Positions 58,422 through 64,000 of a DNA stretch of 64,000 nucleotides are shown here, in pieces (positions within the stretch are counted from its first letter, which is position 1; each line of letters opens with the position of its first letter). The DNA lies in contig NC_092672.1 of NCBI RefSeq assembly GCF_964355755.1, forward strand, positions 34,044,437-34,108,436. The letters are read 5' to 3'. The stretch is from Antedon mediterranea. Lineage: Eukaryota > Animalia > Echinodermata. The notes beneath the pieces were generated by a model, which worked only from the letters and a program-made list of their open reading frames with translations, searched no databases and had not been told where the DNA came from. The translations under genes were made by a program, and so were the position numbers.

Positions 58422-61400
58422 ATGGGTTCTGCTGTAAGTAAACATAAAAGAAAAAGAATAAACAGTGATGTGAGCAGTAAAAATGAACGGGAAGTAGGAA
58501 AAGAAGAAGTAGAAAAGGAGGAAGTAAAAAAAGAGGAAGTAGAAAAGGAGGAGAATAATGAGGATAAACCTAAAGAACAGAATGCATTGGAAGAAAAAGA
58601 AACGGATACAACCGAGACAGACACGAAAGGAGTGGCAAGCCAAGCCAGTATGGAACCGAAAGATATAATGATAAGTTACAGTCATCAAGACAAGGACAAA
58701 ATGAGGCTGTTAAAAGGTACTGTTCTGGTATTCCAAGGAATGTACCATTCAATGTAGCATTTAAATGAATAACTACCAGTTTAAATATTCCCACATCCAT
58801 TTTCTATTAATACATGGTTACTGAAAAAAATATATAAATCACAGCATTTATACAGTTCAAAATCTAAATTGTATATTCACTTTTATCATGCAGCTATTAG
58901 CTCCATGCTTTTATTTTATCATGCAGCTATAGCTCCATACTTTTATTTTATCATGCAGCTATTAGCTCCTTGCTTTTATTTTATCATGCAGCTATTATAG
59001 CTCCATACTTTTATTTTATCATGCAGCTATAGTTCCATGCTTTTATCACCTTTTTTGTTTTGTTTTTTTAGATGCTCTTGAGGCCGAAGGTATCACTGTG
59101 TGGGTTGACGAAGTAGGCTTGCAAGCTGGTGTGGAATTCCTAAACAAAATTGGTCAGGCAATTGTCGATGCTAAGGTATGTCCACACAGTTGCATACACC
59201 TCAATGTTTATTTTACGGAAAACCTTTCTTATTTTGTAACTCATGCATTAATATTATTTTTAGTTTGCTGTTGTGAGAATTTCTTTTATTTGAAAAATCA
59301 AATAACCCTCTAAATCTCTCTTTCATACAACCTTCTCCATTCCCTCCCCCAAATTTAACCCTGTCAGTGCAGGAGATAAATATTAGATTTTACTAATGAA
59401 GCATGGAGCTATAAAATATATTAATTAATTGTATAGCTCCATAATAATAATAAATAAAAGAAAGAAAGAAAACCTGTGGATACAATTTTTCCATTCATTA
59501 GTTATGAGTCATTTGTTGTGCAATAGTAATCCCTTTTGTCACTGTGATTTTTGTATCCTGTTGCTGTAAATTTCCACCTCCTGGTCATGTGATATTGTAC
59601 CAACATTTAGTTCTTATAGTAATAAATATATTCTAATGCTAAATATAATGCAGTATCTGTTTTCATATGGCATAAAAAATAGTGTTTACCAAGAAATAAT
59701 AAGTATCGTAATAAAACTACAGATTTAAATAAAAATAACTCACCTTTTCCTTTCCTTCCAATAATAACTTCCTCAATATGAATTCTGGTAGATTCAAATT
59801 TCTTAGAAAATAAACATCAACAAATATTTTTACAAAAATGAAGGTTGAAAAACTAAAAAATATCCATCCAAAGTGGACACCCTCACATTCTATTTTACTA
59901 AAAATTGACTTTATAAAAAATACCGTAAGTGAAATTGACGATGGTTCTCTCCATTCCATATATCAGCTACTACTCATTCATTTTTTGTCTCTAGAGGGGA
60001 TTCCTGAAGAGCTGTCACAATAGACTTCTTTCTGAAATAGATATAAGATCTCTATAAATTAATTCTTTTATTTAGTAGAAGAATTTTTTATTCAAAGTAT
60101 GCTTATTATTATGCCTAACCCATCCTCTCTCTGAAACTCTGTCTACACTATCAAACTAGTTCGACATAAAAAGTGTGCCCAAATATGGTAGTGATATACA
60201 CAATGTCCATATATATGTAAACTCTTTACTATATTTTATGTTTATTTTTATATACCTTTTTATATTATCAACTCAAACCTATGATACTGTAGGACAATTT
60301 AATACAGTATTTGTATTACCATGTTGATAATGATTTTTCTTTTATATTTTTGCAAATGGTTTAAAAACCTGTATCCGTCATATAATGTATTGTTTTGATG
60401 TGTTATGTTAAATTGGATGCACCACTTCTGTGTGTGCCACCGATGCAAAGGTGTCATTTCCTAATAAATCATTATTATTATTATTATTATATGGGCAAAT
60501 CACTTTTTTTTTGTCAAACTAGTTTGATTTGATAGTGTAGACAGAGCTTAAAACTCAGGTACAGGCATGAATTTTAAATATAATATTTGGTTAATTGTAT
60601 ATAAATCAAATATTTGTAACAGAAATCACGACGAAAAAACATGAATTTCCCTTAATATGGTCAAATACAAAATTTGGCACAATTCTTCCATAAAAACCAG
60701 GAAGACTTTTTTACAGTAGTTAGGTAGTTAACCTAATGTAATAACATGTCTTGTGACTCCCTAGAAGGTGAAAAAAGATGGTGGATATACGGTGGATAAT
60801 TTTTGCTATAGCACGAAAATAGAAATTTGAAGTTGAATAAAAATTCCAGAAATGTAATATTCAAGTTATATTACCTATACTTAGTCATCTGATAAAATTT
60901 TTTACCACACTGTTTATTTTTCGTAGCTTTTTAAAATGCCTCTCTATTTACAAAATTTGTTTACAAAAGAATAGAGATTTTACTGTGTAATTTGAACTAT
61001 CCCCCCACTGATAAGAAAGTGCTTATTTTCAACAAGCTCGTGTAACACAAATAAAATCCCAAAAATTATGAAACATAGGGGAAACTATAGATCGATAATT
61101 ATTGGAATGTATGATCAATAGAAATTTTTTGCCCGCACCTGGCCTTTAAGACAACCTAACAATCTATACTTCTTTCAACAGTTGTTTCTGTCGTTGTTAA
61201 GCTGCAAGTCAGTTTCATCAAAGTATTGTCGTGATGAGCTCGCTTTGGCGTATGTATCAAGCAAACCAATCTTCCCCTGCACGATAGAATCTCGCGATAA
61301 AGTCACAAAAGGAATGGACTTTGGAATGTAATAATACATTTTTTGTTTATGTTTATATTTATATTATTTGCATTTCAATATTCCTGCATTTAGACATAAT

Positions 61401-63894
61401 TACTCTTTTTTTGCCTCTAGAGTGGCCACTGATCTCAGACCACAATTCTAGGGGCCGAGCACCCTTCCTCACTAAAACCCTCACCATAAAATTTTTACAC
61501 ATAAAATATATTGATCATTTATTTATATAAAGCTAAAGATTAGTTATTAAATGTACCATTGTTCATTTTAAAGGAAACTTCAGCTGGCGCCGTTGAAATG
61601 GTTTAACTTCACAAATGATAAGCCATTTGACTCTGTGTCTAAAGAACTTGCGAACGAAGTCAAAGATAAATTGCAGGAATTGTCATCCTCAAGTCGAAAG
61701 CAGCAAAAAAATGGTATGTATTGTTTATAATCAGTAATGTTTTTTTAAAAACTAATTTTTCATTATCCATTCATAGACACTTCACCGGATGTTCTTGATT
61801 GTACCGACCACATATTTTTGTTGCATCCAATTCTTTTCTGAATATTCTTGTGATATGACTTTAAAAAAATAATAATGTTAGTCCATTAACTACTATGCTT
61901 ACTTCTTTACTAGATGAAGGCAAAAGTAAAAGACCTACCTTTAAGAGACTCCGTTCAAAGCTCAATGTTCATCATAGGCAGCTCTCAGTGGAAGGAAAGC
62001 ACAAAGATTTCTGGCAAAAGTTTTATCCAGATGTAGACTTTGTTCCTTGGACAACGTAAGTCAAAACTGATTTTACATAATCTTTATTTTGTAGGCCTAC
62101 AGTTTAGAAAAGATAAGAATATATTAAAATAATAGTAAATACAGTACAGTCAACTCTCCCAATACCGGACAGTTTTCCGGAAAATTTGGTGCTGGTAAAA
62201 ATGAATTTGGGACCTTTTGAACCTTGAAAAAGTCTGGTATTGGGAGAGCTTCTGCTTTTCAGTCTGGTATTGGCAGAGTGGACTGTACTGTTAATGCAAC
62301 AAGTCTCTTTGTTTTCAATCTAAAACTTGATATTGTATTCAAATTTTTCTAGGTTTGTTGAAGACCTAAAAACTGAATATGATGCAGAAATTGAGAATTG
62401 GTACAAAGAGGGCGATCTTGATTGGTTGATTCAAGTATTACATCGAGAAATGGATGAAGACGAGGATGAAGTCATTCAAAAAGAACACTATGAAGGTTTG
62501 TACCAGTTGAGGTTGATAAACGCTAGGGCAGAAACTACATTTGTCTGTAATTTGGTGGTGAACTACTGTGGCGCCCTCTATACTAAACCTACCTTTGATG
62601 TGAACCTGCTTTTCTTCATTATGTAAATACAACTGTATATCATATTTTTATGCACAATTTTTATCTAATGTATTTAAACTTTCAGAGTTTTGTACTGTAA
62701 GTGGAGAAAGGCAAGAATTTTGGCAAAGGGTACAAGAGCAGGCGCTGGAGAGCTACACTATGAGGGAAGTGTTTAGTATGAATTCCAGCGTACGGATTGA
62801 TGCCATACAGAACTTGGGTAAAGTTTTTTCTACACTACCAAACTTTATCCATGCTATGCTGCCTCAGAATTTTTTTGAAAAACCTGTATAATAAATTAAT
62901 TTGCATATCAGCTGTTCACCTTATCTTTTCCACTCCACTGATAGGTTCCAATTGAAAAAATGAAATATCAGAAGATTTTATGAAAAATGATACCAAACAA
63001 TAAAGGGCACTATAATTTTTTACAAAATGCATCTAAAACATAGAGGGAGCTATTAAAAAAATAAAAAATAATACTAGACACTTTTCATATGTGGCATGCA
63101 TCAACAGCATTCAGTTAACCAAAAGGGGCATAGTTAGTAAAAGAAATTGCAACCTTTAGTGGGAGATCCCTTGAAATATCAAGAAATTCATGCAGTTAAG
63201 ATGCTCTGTCTGTCATACAAAATAAGATACTGTAATATAGCATTATAATTTAATTCAATGAAATGTATTTATTCTGAATCATTTTCAGCCAAGTTTAACA
63301 GTTCATCAGTGATTGAATCATTGCTGGATCTTTGCGTTGACGTTGACGAGAATGTTCGAGCAGTTGCTGCAATCTCATTGGCCAGAACAGGAGTCCGAGA
63401 TGATGAGCACATCATGAATACAATCATGAGGTTATTAAAAGATAAAGATAGACTGGTCAGGGAAAGTGGTTGCCTGGCGTTGGGACACATGAAGGCTAAA
63501 AAAGCTATCCCCAAGCTTGTCCACTTATGGTAAGTCAATATAACATGCTTCGAGCCTAATTCAATATTGTCACAATCTACTGTACTGGTTTCATAAATAT
63601 TTGTTAAAGGAAAATCATTTTTTTTTTCTACCAAAACTGTTAATAAATACATACACTATTCTTCGCCAGTAGTGTAGTTTACTGTATTGCTGCTGTTGGG
63701 TAGAAAACTCGAAACCTATAATTAGCTATAACCGGTTGGAAATATTTTCTTTCAGGCGTAATGATGCCATATCCAATGTGCGTGAAGCAGCTGCCATTGC
63801 TCTGGAACAAATAGGAGGTGAAGAGGCCCAGAAGGCAATGCACATTACCAAAGTATTGAGTGAAGAGATCAAGGCTTTGTCAAATAAACATTGA
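58422..63894 (+). CDS. Uncharacterised 493-aa protein: N-myristoylation motif, TIR (TIR_2-like), Cbl-type EF-hand-like region, HEAT repeats
   Basis: Nine exons in phase: 58422-58716, 59072-59175, 61182-61327, 61574-61713, 61914-62055, 62353-62495, 62686-62817, 63289-63529, 63756-63894. TIR: DIMISYSHQD...LEAEGITVWVD...AIVDAKLFLSLLS...SKYCRDEL...KPIFP. HEAT: VRIDAIQNL, NVRAVAAISL, LVRESGCLALG, NVREAAAIALEQIG. Confidence 0.88.
58878..59047. repeat. ~31-34-bp minisatellite next to a splice acceptor
   Basis: About five copies of ttttatcatgcagctattagctccatgctttta. Confidence 0.85.
60134..60551. mobile_element. MITE family A interrupted by a ~280-bp insertion ending in (att)n
   Basis: Left arm ctctgtctacactatcaaactag, right arm gatagtgtagacagagctt; the insert looks like a retroposon tail. 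Confidence 0.65.
62145..62287. mobile_element. Tc1/pogo(Tigger)-like MITE with TA TSD
   Basis: tacagtcaactctcccaatacc ... ggtattggcagagtggactgta. Confidence 0.75.
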
Positions 63895-64000
63895 TCCATG
63901 AAGGGTTAGTTAAACATTTTCTTTAAAAAAACATAATACTATTGCAGAGTATCATTCATGAGTGCAATAAGAAAATGTATGCGGTTTTCTATACAATTTT

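Overview
AT-rich invertebrate animal genomic DNA with GT-AG introns; it is not prokaryotic, and no CRISPR, rRNA or true tRNA genes were seen. Splicing exons by hand gives six multi-exon genes: the 3' part of a C6orf89/BRAP-like cupin-fold gene (+, 1-8136), MRM3 (-), IFT22 (+, head-to-head with MRM3), MNT (+), DDX55 (-, 18 exons) and an uncharacterised gene (+, head-to-head with DDX55). That last gene encodes an N-myristoylation motif, a TIR domain retaining the catalytic Glu, a Cbl-type EF-hand-like region and HEAT repeats. The most striking structure is DDX55 intron 12 (28029-50851, 22.8 kb). It holds a tandem array of eight single-coding-exon rhodopsin-class GPCR genes on the same strand as the host; one is frameshifted and two show patchy near-identity. 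Introns and intergenic DNA contain many PIF/Harbinger-like and Tc1/pogo-like MITEs, Helentron-like elements, tRNA-derived SINEs and minisatellites. Family names come from motif recognition only; no database search was run.
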